The translations under genes were made by a program, and so were the position numbers. Shown one piece after another: positions 1 through 8,808 of a stretch of DNA of 64,000 bases. A model generated the notes under the pieces. It was not told the DNA's origin, ran no database searches, and was given only the letters and a program-made list of their open reading frames with translations. Numbering within the stretch: the stretch's first letter is position 1; every line of letters starts with the position of its first letter. Source of the DNA: Nitrospinota bacterium (GTDB lineage: Bacteria > Nitrospinota_A > UBA7883 > JADGGD01); the NCBI GenBank assembly GCA_942491805.1, contig CALOCG010000035.1, positions 96,408-160,407 on the forward strand. The letters are read 5' to 3'.

Positions 1-1231
1 CGAGGGTCATCCACTGATCCATGATCCTTCCCGGCGTGTCGAAGATGAAGACGAACGAGTTGACGATCGAATCGCGGGCGACGGCCAGTTCCTCTTGGGA
101 AACCGGCTCCGCCCGCATCCGCTCCATCTCTTCTTTTAAGAGCTTCACCACCAAGGAGGCCGATTCGACTTTGGTTTCGGCGCCCATGAGGAAACGGCCC
201 GGCCCCCAGCGTCCGCCGGCATAGATCGACCAGACCGAATAGGCGAGCCCCTTATCGGTCCGTATCGACTGCATCAGCCGCGACGAAAAACCGTTTCCTC
301 CCAAAATCTCGTCCATCACCCGAACGGCGTGATAGTCGGGGTCGGTCTTCTTGAGCCCCCGATGCCCCATCCGTATGACCGCTTGCGGGGTCTCTTTGTC
401 GGCCACCCAAAGGGTGATCTCTTCGGCTCCGTCGGGCGCCGCCGGGAGGGGGGGGCGGTGTCCCTTATCGGGCCAGAGACCGAAGGTTCTGTTCAAGGTG
501 GCTTCAATGGTCGCTTCGTCGAAGTCGCCGGTGACGCCGAGGGTCACGTTCGACGGGACGACGAAACGACGGGCCATGGCGACCACCTCTTCACGGGTGA
601 CGGCCGTTAAGCTTTCGACGGTGGGGGTCGCTCCGTACGGGGAACCGGCATAAAGCTTCTTGTTCAGCTCCCGCATACCGATCTCTTGCGGATCGTCGTT
701 CTCCCGCCGAACGCCGTCGATCATCCGCGCCCGAATCAGCTCCAGCCGGTTGGCGTCGAGCCGGGGGGTGAAGAGAACCTCGGCCATAAGGGAGAGGGCG
801 TCGGGAAGGTCGGCGGTAAGGGTCGAAAGGGAGGCGCTTCCCTGATCGTCGCCGAAACCGACGTGGAGGTCGATCGCTTTCCCTTCCAATACCGCGTCGA
901 GCTGTTCGGGGGTACGGCGCGTCGTCCCCCCTTCCCGCATCAGAGCGCCGGTCATGGAGGCCAACCCTTCTTTCCCGGTCGGGTCCCAGATAGCGCCGGT
1001 ACGGATGGTGGCGTTGACGTTGACCACCGGCAGTTCGTGATCGGCGATGAGGGCGACCCGGACGCCGTTAAGCAGGGTGATCCAACGGGGAGGGGGCAAG
1101 GTGGTGTCGATGGGGGGATAGTGAAACTGATTGATCGCCTGTCGCCAATCGGTCGGCGCCGACCCGGGGGTGGCGCAGGCGGCCAACGTCAAGAGGGCGA
1201 CGAGAGCGACGAAGGGGGAGAGTCGTTTCAT
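1..1231 (-). CDS. M16B (pitrilysin/MPP-like) peptidase, non-catalytic lipoprotein subunit; 3' end runs off the window
   Basis: Manual translation from ATG 1231 (ATGA overlap with upstream gene): MKRLSPFVALVALLTLAAC lipobox, LPVVNVNATIRTG, GLASMTGALMREGG where HxxEH would be, ILGGNGFSSRLMQSIRTDKGLAYSV; open to base 1. Absent from ORF track. Confidence 0.85.
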   Translation of the reverse strand, partial: MKRLSPFVALVALLTLAACATPGSAPTDWRQAINQFHYPPIDTTLPPPRWITLLNGVRVALIADHELPVVNVNATIRTGAIWDPTGKEGLASMTGALMREGGTTRRTPEQLDAVLEGKAIDLHVGFGDDQGSASLSTLTADLPDALSLMAEVLFTPRLDANRLELIRARMIDGVRRENDDPQEIGMRELNKKLYAGSPYGATPTVESLTAVTREEVVAMARRFVVPSNVTLGVTGDFDEATIEATLNRTFGLWPDKGHRPPLPAAPDGAEEITLWVADKETPQAVIRMGHRGLKKTDPDYHAVRVMDEILGGNGFSSRLMQSIRTDKGLAYSVWSIYAGGRWGPGRFLMGAETKVESASLVVKLLKEEMERMRAEPVSQEELAVARDSIVNSFVFIFDTPGRIMDQWMTL

Positions 1232-2750
1232 TTCTCCTCCTCGACCAGCAGGGCCAAGGTTTCGTTATCCCGGGTGAACCACCGTTGGGCCACCCGCATG
1301 ACGTCGGCGGGGGTGACGGCCCGAATCGCTTCCAAATCCCGCTCGATGTTCCGCCAGTCGCCGGTTCTGATCTGATAGTCGGCCAAGAGACGGGCCATAC
1401 TGTAGTGGGAGACCATCCCTTTGACGAAATCGGCTTCGTACCGGGTCTTGACCCGGTTCAGCTCCTCTTCGGTCACCGGCGTTTTTTTCAGCCGTTGAAA
1501 ATCCCCCCATAACCCCGCTTAGACCTGGTCGACGCTGTGAGGGGGGCGCGGGACGCCGTAGATCACGTAGAGGTTCGGGAACCGGTCGCCGGGGGCGGCC
1601 CAGACGCCGAGGTTGATGGCGATTTTTCCCTCCCGCACCAACCGGGTGACGAAGCGGGAGGTGGGGCCACCGGCCAAGAGACCGTCGATGACGGCGAAGA
1701 CCGGGTCGTCGGCATGCGGCCAGACCGGTTTGTGAAAGCCCATCATAAACGACGGTCGAGCGTCTTTCACCAGTTCGACCCGGCGATACCCTCCTTGGGG
1801 CGGCTCTTCGGTGACGAGCCGGTCGGGGAGGGGGCGGGCCGGGATGTCGCCGAAATTCTCGGTGATCACCCGTTTGACTTCGTCGAAATCGAGATCGCCG
1901 ACGAGGGCGATGACGGCGTTGTTCGGGACGTACCAGGCGTCCAGAAGCGCTCCACCTCGGCCAGCGGCAAAGCGGCCACGTCCGACGGCCAGCCGATGAC
2001 CGGGTTGCCGTAGGGGTGGGCGATGAAGGCGGCCGAGAGGAACCGCTCGTAGAGGGCCCCTTCGGGGTTGTTCTCGTAGCGCATCCGTCGCTCTTCCATG
2101 ACCACGTCCCGCTCGGCGTAATATTCGCGGAAAACCGAGTTTTTGAGCCGTTGGCTTTCGACCCAAGCCCAAAGTTTTAACTTGTTGGCCGGGAGGCGGA
2201 TGAGGTAACTGGTCAGATCTTTGCTCGTCCCGGCGTTGAAACCGACCCCTCCGGCGGAGGAATAGATTTTCGAATAGATTTCCGAGACCACATATTTTTT
2301 ATGTTCGGCCTGGGCGGCGTCGCGTCGCGCGACAAGCGTGTCGATTTCCGTTTGCGGGGCGTTGGCCCGGCGGGCGGCGTCCAGACGGGCGCCAAGTTGA
2401 TCGACCTTCTCGAGCAGCGGCTTTTCTTTGGCCCAATCGAGGGAACCTAAGGTCCGGGTCCCTTTGAACATCATATGCTCGAGAAGATGGGCGGCGCCGG
2501 TGGCCCCTTCCCGCTCTTCCACCCCGCCGACTTTGAAAGCCATGTGGGCGGCGAAGATGGGGGCGCCGGGGCGTTGCAGAAGAACGACGGTCAGACCGTT
2601 GTCGAGGGTGAACTGCCGAATGCGCGCACCGAGGTCGTAGGCGTTCGCGCTCGCCGCCGTAACGGCAAGGGATAGTGCGAGGAATACGAATCCACGCAAG
2701 TAGACCTGCCCCCTTCGGGACGTTCGTTGAGATGCGTCAGACGCTTCCAT
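1228..2750 (-). pseudogene. M16B zinc peptidase, catalytic subunit, interrupted by a 1-base deletion (~1941) and an in-frame TAA (1519-1521); may be sequence error
   Basis: HLLEHMMFKGT inverted zincin motif, NAGTSKDLT, ERDVVMEERR in ORF 1866-2780; continues in the frame of ORF 1519-2172 (DAWYVPNNAVIALVGD) and, past TAA, in frame as AGLWGDFQRLKKTPVTEEELNRVK to 1228. Start codon uncertain (2750 or TTG 2699). Confidence 0.85.
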
Positions 2751-2840
2751 CAGGATGCGGTACCACCAGCCTCCGATCAATTAATGCGTTATGGTAGGCG
2801 GTGGGGAGGGACTCTGTCGACCGGAGTGTCCGATGGGGCG

Positions 2841-2849
2841 TGGTACAAT
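2841..2849 (+). promoter_or_regulatory. Extended -10 promoter element (TG-g-TACAAT)
   Basis: tggtacaat in the divergent gap between the M16 gene and fxsA. Confidence 0.5.
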
Positions 2850-3271
2850 GACCCCGACATTCTCAGCACAGCGAGGCGTTCATGGCAGGCCCCAAAAGTG
2901 GGACCCTCATCGATTTCGTTATGAGCAGCGGGCTGGTAGTGTCGGGCCGCCGTCTCGATCAACTGGTTCGGCGGACTCGGCTACGAGCCGCTCGATAAAT
3001 ACGAGCGTCATGATGTTCGAGGACGTCCGGCTCAGAAGTTCCTGTAAGGAGTACGAGTGGCTCGGGCATCGACGATGGAAGCAGCGTCCAAAGCAGCGCT
3101 GCCACGCCGCCGTGGTGGGCATGAGCCGCAAACCAGAGGGAATCCATGGCGCCATATCCAAGGCGGATGCTGGCCAGCGACACCGCGAGAGTAGCGGAGC
3201 TTACCCAGGGCTATCCAGCGTATCATCGACAACGTCATGCGGCCTGCCGCTGAAGCAGAGGATGATCGGCC

Positions 3272-3730
3272 ATGTTCTTCAAACTTTTCCTCCTCTTTAC
3301 CGTCGTCCCGGTGACCGAGCTGTGGCTCCTGATCCTGGTCGGCGAGCGGATCGGGGGGCTTCAGACCGTTGCGCTGGTGGTCGTGACCGGCGCTCTGGGG
3401 GCATGGTTCGCCCGGGCTCAAGGCGCCGAGGTGATGCGGGCTCTTCAAACCGCCACGGCTCAAGGACGGATGCCGACCGACGAGGTGATCGACGGGGCGT
3501 TGATCCTCGCCGGGGGGGCGCTCCTGATCACCCCCGGTGTCATCACCGATTTCGTCGGCCTCTCGCTGGTGGCGCCTTTCACCCGCCGTCCGTTGCGGGG
3601 GTGGCTGAAACGAACCATGGCCGGTCGGATGACGGTGGTCACCTACGGGGCGCCCCCTTTCACGAGAAGCCGCCCCGGTGGGCAGCCCACCCCGCCCCCC
3701 GCCAACGATAAAGACGTGATCGACGTCTAA
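3272..3730 (+). CDS. fxsA: FxsA family membrane protein
   Basis: LFLLFTVVPVTELWLLI...ARAQG...LLITPGVITDFVGL, typical FxsA pattern. Confidence 0.9.
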   Translation: MFFKLFLLFTVVPVTELWLLILVGERIGGLQTVALVVVTGALGAWFARAQGAEVMRALQTATAQGRMPTDEVIDGALILAGGALLITPGVITDFVGLSLVAPFTRRPLRGWLKRTMAGRMTVVTYGAPPFTRSRPGGQPTPPPANDKDVIDV

Positions 3731-3885
3731 CCCCTACGCGGGGGGCGAGGGGCGCCACACGGAATGTACCGATGTGGTCTCGACAGCTTAAGGAACTTTT
3801 CATATACCAAACGCCGCCCCTACGCGGGGGCGAGGGGCGCCACACGGAATGTACCGGTGTGGTCTCGACAGCTTAAGGAACTTTT
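3731..3885 (+). repeat. Tandem direct repeat: two ~70-bp copies (3731-3800, 3817-3885) with a 16-bp spacer
   Basis: cccctacgcggggg(g)cgaggggcgccacacggaatgtaccg(a/g)tgtggtctcgacagcttaaggaactttt; copies differ by one G in the G-run and one substitution. Confidence 0.95.
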
Positions 3886-3888
3886 TAC

Positions 3889-4269
3889 ATGCCTCGCACC
3901 GGACTTATCCTCTTCGCCCACGGTAGCCGCGATCCCCGCTGGCGGGAGCCGTTCGTCGATCTCGAAAAACGGGTCGGCGCAAAATTGCCGCAGACTGCGG
4001 TCCGGGCCGCCTATTTGGAAGGGTGCGAGCCGACTCTCGACGCGGTGGTCGATCAAATGGCGACCAACGGAGTGCGGATCGTCACCGTGACGCCGATGTT
4101 CTTGGCGGTGGGAACCCATTCCCGCGACGATTTCCCGAAGATCGCCCGGCGCCTTTCGGAAACGCATCCGGGGATAACGATCCGCTGGACCGAGGTGTTG
4201 GGAGAATGGGACGAGGTGCGCGAGGCGATGGCGGCGGGGGTGGCCAAGCGGGTGGACGAGGCCCAATAA
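3889..4269 (+). CDS. cbiX: Short CbiX/SirB sirohydrochlorin chelatase
   Basis: LFAHGSRD, AYLEGCEPTL, PMFLAVGTHSRDDFP; SD aagga upstream. Confidence 0.9.
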   Translation: MPRTGLILFAHGSRDPRWREPFVDLEKRVGAKLPQTAVRAAYLEGCEPTLDAVVDQMATNGVRIVTVTPMFLAVGTHSRDDFPKIARRLSETHPGITIRWTEVLGEWDEVREAMAAGVAKRVDEAQ

Positions 4270-4276
4270 GGCCCCG

Positions 4277-5710
4277 CTATGCGACCGGTTCGTCGTCGGC
4301 TTTCATATCGAAGGTCATCACCACCCGGCGCCCCTCCTGGCTGAACAAAACTTCCCGGGCCAAGGTTCGCATGATCAGAATCCCCCGTCCGCTGGCCAGT
4401 TCTTCGTCGGCGTCGACCCCTTTCATCCAGCCGCGCCAGTCGAATCCTCCCCCTTCGTCGGTAATAGCCACCACCCCATGATCCCGGTCGAACTGGACAT
4501 CGACGGTCACCCGCCGTCCCCGATAGGGCTCTTCCCGGCGACGTTGTTCGGCCACCCGCATGAAAAGATCGAAGTCGCTCTCTTTAAGGGCCGAATCGAC
4601 CTCGAGGTTGCCGTGGAACAGGGCGTTGGACAACGCTTCGTCCAGGGCCAGCTCCACCGACCGGGCCGATAACCCGGACGACGCTGCGGCGAACTCTTCG
4701 CTGACCAACACCGCCACCGCGGGGATAAGCGCCGGGTCGGAGGGGATGACGAATCGGTCGGCCCCGGCGATCTGATACCGCCTCGCCTCGCGGGAGAGTC
4801 GTTCCCGTTCGGCTTCGTCGGCCACCACGGCGAATCCCCGCATCAGGCTGTCGACATCTTCGATGTCGGTGACTCCCAAGGCGGCGGCGCGGCTGCGAAT
4901 CACTTTCATCACGTCGTCGTTGGCCCGCCGGTGCCGTTCGATCTCGGCTTCGGTTTCGCGTCGCCGGGCCGCCAACGTCTCGGCCGCCCCCCGCAGTTCG
5001 TCGGCTACGAGATCGAATTCCCGGGTGCCGCTGGCGGGAAGATTGACGTCGAACTCCTCGCTACGCAGTTGGGTCACCGCACGGGCCAGCCGTTTCATCG
5101 GTTTGGTGATGACGGTATGGGTGAAGATCAGCAAGAGCGCGCCGTACAAAGCCATGGCGCCGGTGGCTTGCCAGACGATGTTATAGGTGACCCGACGTGA
5201 TTCGGCCACCAACGGGGCGAAGTTAAACGTGATGACGGCGGCGCCGTTGACGGCGCCGGGGGGGATCGGTTTGTCGTCCATCCCCCGGTGACATTTGCCG
5301 CACCGCTCGTCGGTGAGAAAGGGGAGGATGGTCCGTATGGTGTCGTCGTCGAGGGTGGTGGTGACCGTTTTTCCGGTGATGAGCGCTTCCCGCTCGTCGG
5401 AGGCGGAGGGCATCTTTTCGCTGCGATAGCCGAACTGCTTGAGCAGATGTTCGTTCCTGATCATCCGAAACCGGGCGAACCGTTCGTCTTTGATCTCGTC
5501 GATGACCTCCGATACCAGGTCGTAGTCGCCGGTGGCGATCATCACCGAGAGAATGCTGTCGCGGATCATCTCGCCGGAGGCCATGGCCATGGCTTCGGCT
5601 TCCCGCCGGTCTTTCCCGGCCAGCGACGAAACGAGAGTGAGGTCAATCATGGCGATTCCCACAAGGGTGACCGACCCGACCATGAACAACGCTTTCCACT
5701 GAAGACGCAT
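4277..5710 (-). CDS. Membrane sensor: periplasmic single-heme c domain + HAMP + RsbW-like HATPase (anti-sigma/Ser kinase)
   Basis: Two hydrophobic segments flanking ERCGKCH (CxxCH); ITKPMKRLARAV HAMP; ELALDEALSNALFHGN, ITDEGGGFD, SGRGILIM HATPase boxes. Confidence 0.8.
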   Translation of the reverse strand: MRLQWKALFMVGSVTLVGIAMIDLTLVSSLAGKDRREAEAMAMASGEMIRDSILSVMIATGDYDLVSEVIDEIKDERFARFRMIRNEHLLKQFGYRSEKMPSASDEREALITGKTVTTTLDDDTIRTILPFLTDERCGKCHRGMDDKPIPPGAVNGAAVITFNFAPLVAESRRVTYNIVWQATGAMALYGALLLIFTHTVITKPMKRLARAVTQLRSEEFDVNLPASGTREFDLVADELRGAAETLAARRRETEAEIERHRRANDDVMKVIRSRAAALGVTDIEDVDSLMRGFAVVADEAERERLSREARRYQIAGADRFVIPSDPALIPAVAVLVSEEFAAASSGLSARSVELALDEALSNALFHGNLEVDSALKESDFDLFMRVAEQRRREEPYRGRRVTVDVQFDRDHGVVAITDEGGGFDWRGWMKGVDADEELASGRGILIMRTLAREVLFSQEGRRVVMTFDMKADDEPVA

Positions 5711-5868
5711 TCCGCCCTTTGCCCTCTTTCGCCAAAAAGTATCCGGACAGCATAATACAGTCCGGGCACGGTGGGGAGAGGGAAGATGCGAATCTTTCCC
5801 GTGGTGGTGTCATCAAATCTTCTTTACCATGGAGGGCTGACACTGCCCGAACCAACTGCGGAGTAAAC

Positions 5869-7095
5869 ATGAACGCCACGTCTTTCCCGAAAAACAAGAT
5901 TTCGGTTCTTCTGCTCGAGAACATCCATCAGGTGGCTACCGCCAACTTCGAAAACGAATCGTTCAAAGTCGAGACCCTTGCCGGCGCCCTCGACCCGGAC
6001 GAACTGAAGAGAAAAATCGCCGATGTCCATGTGGTCGGTATCCGGTCGAAAACCCAACTCACCGGCGACATCATCAAAGAGGGGCGTCGGCTCCTCGCCA
6101 TCGGCGCTTTTTGTATCGGCACCAACCAGATCGACCTCGATACCGCCGCCGACTGCGGCGTGCCGGTCTTCAACGCCCCCTTCTCCAACACCCGTTCGGT
6201 GGCGGAGCTGGTCATCAGCCACGCGGTCTCTCTCTTGCGCCGCATCCCGGAAAAACATGAAGCGACCCATCGGGGCGAATGGTTGAAATCGGCGGAACGT
6301 TGCTACGAAGCCCGCGGCAAGACTATCGGCATCATCGGCTACGGCCACATCGGGACGCAGGTCTCGGTTATGGCCGAAGCGATGGGGATGAAGGTGGTCT
6401 TCTACGACATTATGGACAAACTGGCGCTCGGCAACGCGGTCCGGGTCAAATCAATGGACGAGTTGCTCGCTATCTCCGATATCGTCACCCTCCACGTTCC
6501 GGCCACACCGGTGACCAAAGGGATGTTCAGCCGCGACGTCATCGCCAAGATGAAAAACGACAGCTACCTGATCAACTACGCCCGGGGGAACGTGGTCGAT
6601 ATCGACGCGCTGGCCGACGAGATAGGCTCGGGCCGACTGGCCGGGGCCGCCATCGACGTCTTTCCGGTGGAGCCGAAAGCCAAAGGAGAGGCCTTCGTCT
6701 CGCCGTTGCAGGGGTTGCCGAACGTGATCTTGACCCCCCACATCGGCGGCTCGACGTTGGAGGCGCAAGAGGCCATAGGCGAAGAGGTCTCGGCCAAGCT
6801 CATCAAGTTCATCAACAACGGATCGACCACCATGGGGGTCAACGTGCCGGAGGTCGAACTGCCGATCCACGAGGAGAAGCACCGCATTCTCCATTTCCAC
6901 CGGAACATTCCCGGCGTTCTCCAGAAGGTCAACACCCTCTTCGGCGAAAAACAGGTCAACGTGTTGGGCCAATACCTGATGACCGATCCGAAAATCGGCT
7001 ATCTGGTCATGGACGTCTCGACCGAGGTCGACAAGTCCATGCTGGCGGCGTTGAACGAAGTCCCCGGAACCATCAAATCGCGCATCCTCTACTGA
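5869..7095 (+). CDS. serA: D-3-phosphoglycerate dehydrogenase with C-terminal ACT domain
   Basis: GIRSKTQLT, CIGTNQIDL, GIIGYGHIGTQ, LTPHIGGST; E. coli-type length; start reassigned to ATG 5869 after ggag. Confidence 0.95.
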   Translation: MNATSFPKNKISVLLLENIHQVATANFENESFKVETLAGALDPDELKRKIADVHVVGIRSKTQLTGDIIKEGRRLLAIGAFCIGTNQIDLDTAADCGVPVFNAPFSNTRSVAELVISHAVSLLRRIPEKHEATHRGEWLKSAERCYEARGKTIGIIGYGHIGTQVSVMAEAMGMKVVFYDIMDKLALGNAVRVKSMDELLAISDIVTLHVPATPVTKGMFSRDVIAKMKNDSYLINYARGNVVDIDALADEIGSGRLAGAAIDVFPVEPKAKGEAFVSPLQGLPNVILTPHIGGSTLEAQEAIGEEVSAKLIKFINNGSTTMGVNVPEVELPIHEEKHRILHFHRNIPGVLQKVNTLFGEKQVNVLGQYLMTDPKIGYLVMDVSTEVDKSMLAALNEVPGTIKSRILY

Positions 7096-7099
7096 GCCG

Positions 7100-8242
7100 A
7101 TGGAAGAGAAAAAGACCGGTATCTCGCCCGAAGCCCTCCTCTATCGGCTCCGGGCCGGGCGGGACATGTTCCTGCTCGACGTCCGCAACGAAGAGGACCA
7201 CACCGGCTGGCCTTTCGATTTCATCCCGAAAGAGCGGCAGGTGAACATCCCCTACATCGAGTTCATCGAGGCCCCCGAAGAGGTGATCCCGACCATCCCC
7301 GCCGACCGGGAGGTCGTGGTCCTCTGCGCCAAAGGAGGGGCTTCTGACTACGTGGCCAACCTCCTCAAAGAGGCGGGTGGTGAAGCGACCAACATCGCGG
7401 GGGGGATGAAAGCCTTCGGCAAGGTGACGGTGGCCTCCACGGTTTGGGGCGATCACGGTCGGCGGGTGGTCCAGTTCAACCGGGTCGGCAAAGGGTGTCT
7501 TTCGTATCTTCTCATCTCCGGGAACGAAGCGGCCGCCGTCGATCCGGGGCGGCATATCGACCGGTATCTCCGCTACCTTCTCGACCACGACCTGACCCTG
7601 ACGACGATTTTCGATACTCATCTCCACGCCGACCATCTTTCGGGAGGGGCGGCGCTGGCTTTGGCGACGGGGGCGGCCTACCGTCTCCATCCCCGCGACA
7701 TGGCCGGAGGGACGACCCCCTATACCCCCTTATGCGACGACGAGTCGTGCCGGGTCGGGTCGAGCCCGATCGAGGTGACGACCCTCCATGCGCCGGGTCA
7801 TACTCCCGGTTCGACGGCGATCCTCTTCGACGGGAAGGTTCTCTTTACCGGCGACACCCTATTCTTGTCGAGCATGGGACGCCCCGATCTGGGGGGGCGT
7901 GCGGCCGAATGGGTGGGCGATCTCTGGAAGACGATCCGCGGATTCGACCGGTTCGACGACGGTCTGCTGGTTCTCCCGGCCCATACGGTGGGACTGCCGG
8001 AGTTTAATGAACGGTGGCAGGTGAAGGCGACTCTCGGCGATCTCCGCCGGAAGAACCATCTCCTGACGCTGTCGGATCAGGAAGCGTTCGAGAAAGAGGT
8101 GCTCTCCCATCTCCCTCAGGAGCCGGAGTCGTACCAGAAAATGCGTAATGTCAACCTTGGCCTCAATACCCCCGACGACGATGGCGCTGATCTCCTTGAG
8201 TTGGGGAAGAACCGTTGTGCGGTGGAGCAGGCGAAAGCCTGA
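7100..8242 (+). CDS. Rhodanese-domain + MBL-fold metallo-hydrolase (persulfide dioxygenase-like)
   Basis: LLDVRNEED and VVLCAKGGAS rhodanese; DTHLHADH, HAPGHTPG, FTGDTLF MBL motifs. Confidence 0.85.
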   Translation: MEEKKTGISPEALLYRLRAGRDMFLLDVRNEEDHTGWPFDFIPKERQVNIPYIEFIEAPEEVIPTIPADREVVVLCAKGGASDYVANLLKEAGGEATNIAGGMKAFGKVTVASTVWGDHGRRVVQFNRVGKGCLSYLLISGNEAAAVDPGRHIDRYLRYLLDHDLTLTTIFDTHLHADHLSGGAALALATGAAYRLHPRDMAGGTTPYTPLCDDESCRVGSSPIEVTTLHAPGHTPGSTAILFDGKVLFTGDTLFLSSMGRPDLGGRAAEWVGDLWKTIRGFDRFDDGLLVLPAHTVGLPEFNERWQVKATLGDLRRKNHLLTLSDQEAFEKEVLSHLPQEPESYQKMRNVNLGLNTPDDDGADLLELGKNRCAVEQAKA

Positions 8243-8344
8243 CCGGCGAAGGCTGACCTTTCCCTCTCTCTCCTTGAGCCGTCGTTTCCGCCGACTCACT
8301 CCGGACAGGTGGGGGGCCCCGTGTCGTGCCGAAGGAACTGCGGG

Positions 8345-8545
8345 GGCGCACGTGCAGGGCGCAAAAGAAAAGCCTCATCCCGGGGATAAGGGATGAGGCC
8401 GAACCGGGAGTTGGGAGAGCCCCCGGCTGTGGGGTACCTCCAAGCGAAGCAAAGGGGATGCCGAGCCACCTAATTTCCACCCAATTGATTTACTTCTCGT
8501 TCAGCCACCCCTCCTCCAGTCAGACACCTATTATTCGCACCAACG
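8345..8545. ncRNA. Candidate structured non-coding RNA (possibly 6S-like); strand unresolved
   Basis: Long-range pairing GGCCGAAC(8397-8404)/GTTCAGCC and TTGGG/CCCAA enclosing further hairpins; no credible ORF in the 566-bp gap. Confidence 0.3.
8363..8399 (-). terminator. Rho-independent terminator on the minus strand
   Basis: Perfect 10-bp stem GCCTCATCCC/GGGATGAGGC, 8-nt loop, followed on the minus strand by TTTTCTTTT. Confidence 0.75.
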
Positions 8546-8808
8546 CAAACCACCTTTCGCAAGGATGCGCTTTCTATGCTGGCGCCCTTTCCCTTGCCTG
8601 AAAACTTGAGAGGAAGGATCTTCTTTTCTCCACGATGTTTGGAATGGGCGACCATTCCGGGTGGACGTCGTCTTTAGGTGTGGCGTCTCGCATTCGTTGC
8701 GCCCCCCGAACGATAAGACTTCGCTCGGCGTTCGGCAACCGGGCCGCTTTCTTGGTCGAAGGTCAAGGATCGGTTCACTTCCGCCGTTCGCGTCCCTATA
8801 ATGTCCCC

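Noticed and set aside
1519-1521. Stop-codon recoding at the in-frame TAA of the M16 gene
   Set aside because: TAA is used as a normal stop elsewhere (fxsA, radC, purS, glnB) and the same gene also has a frameshift.
2882-3260. Degenerate rpsC (S3 N-terminus) fragment, from pieces like QKWDPHRFR, EDVRLR, DNVMRP
   Set aside because: Resemblance needs many assumed indels, the context is wrong, and it cannot be supported without a search.
3731-3885. CRISPR array
   Set aside because: Only two units, 70-bp repeat with a 16-bp spacer (wrong proportions), and no cas genes in the window.
8306-8346. SRP RNA suggested by gccgaaggaactgc
   Set aside because: Lacks the CAGG-TCC-GGAA-GGA-AGCAGC helix 8 consensus.
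8545-8575. c-di-GMP-I (GEMM) riboswitch suggested by GCAAACC
   Set aside because: No GNRA tetraloop or downstream GGACGCAAAGC-type element.
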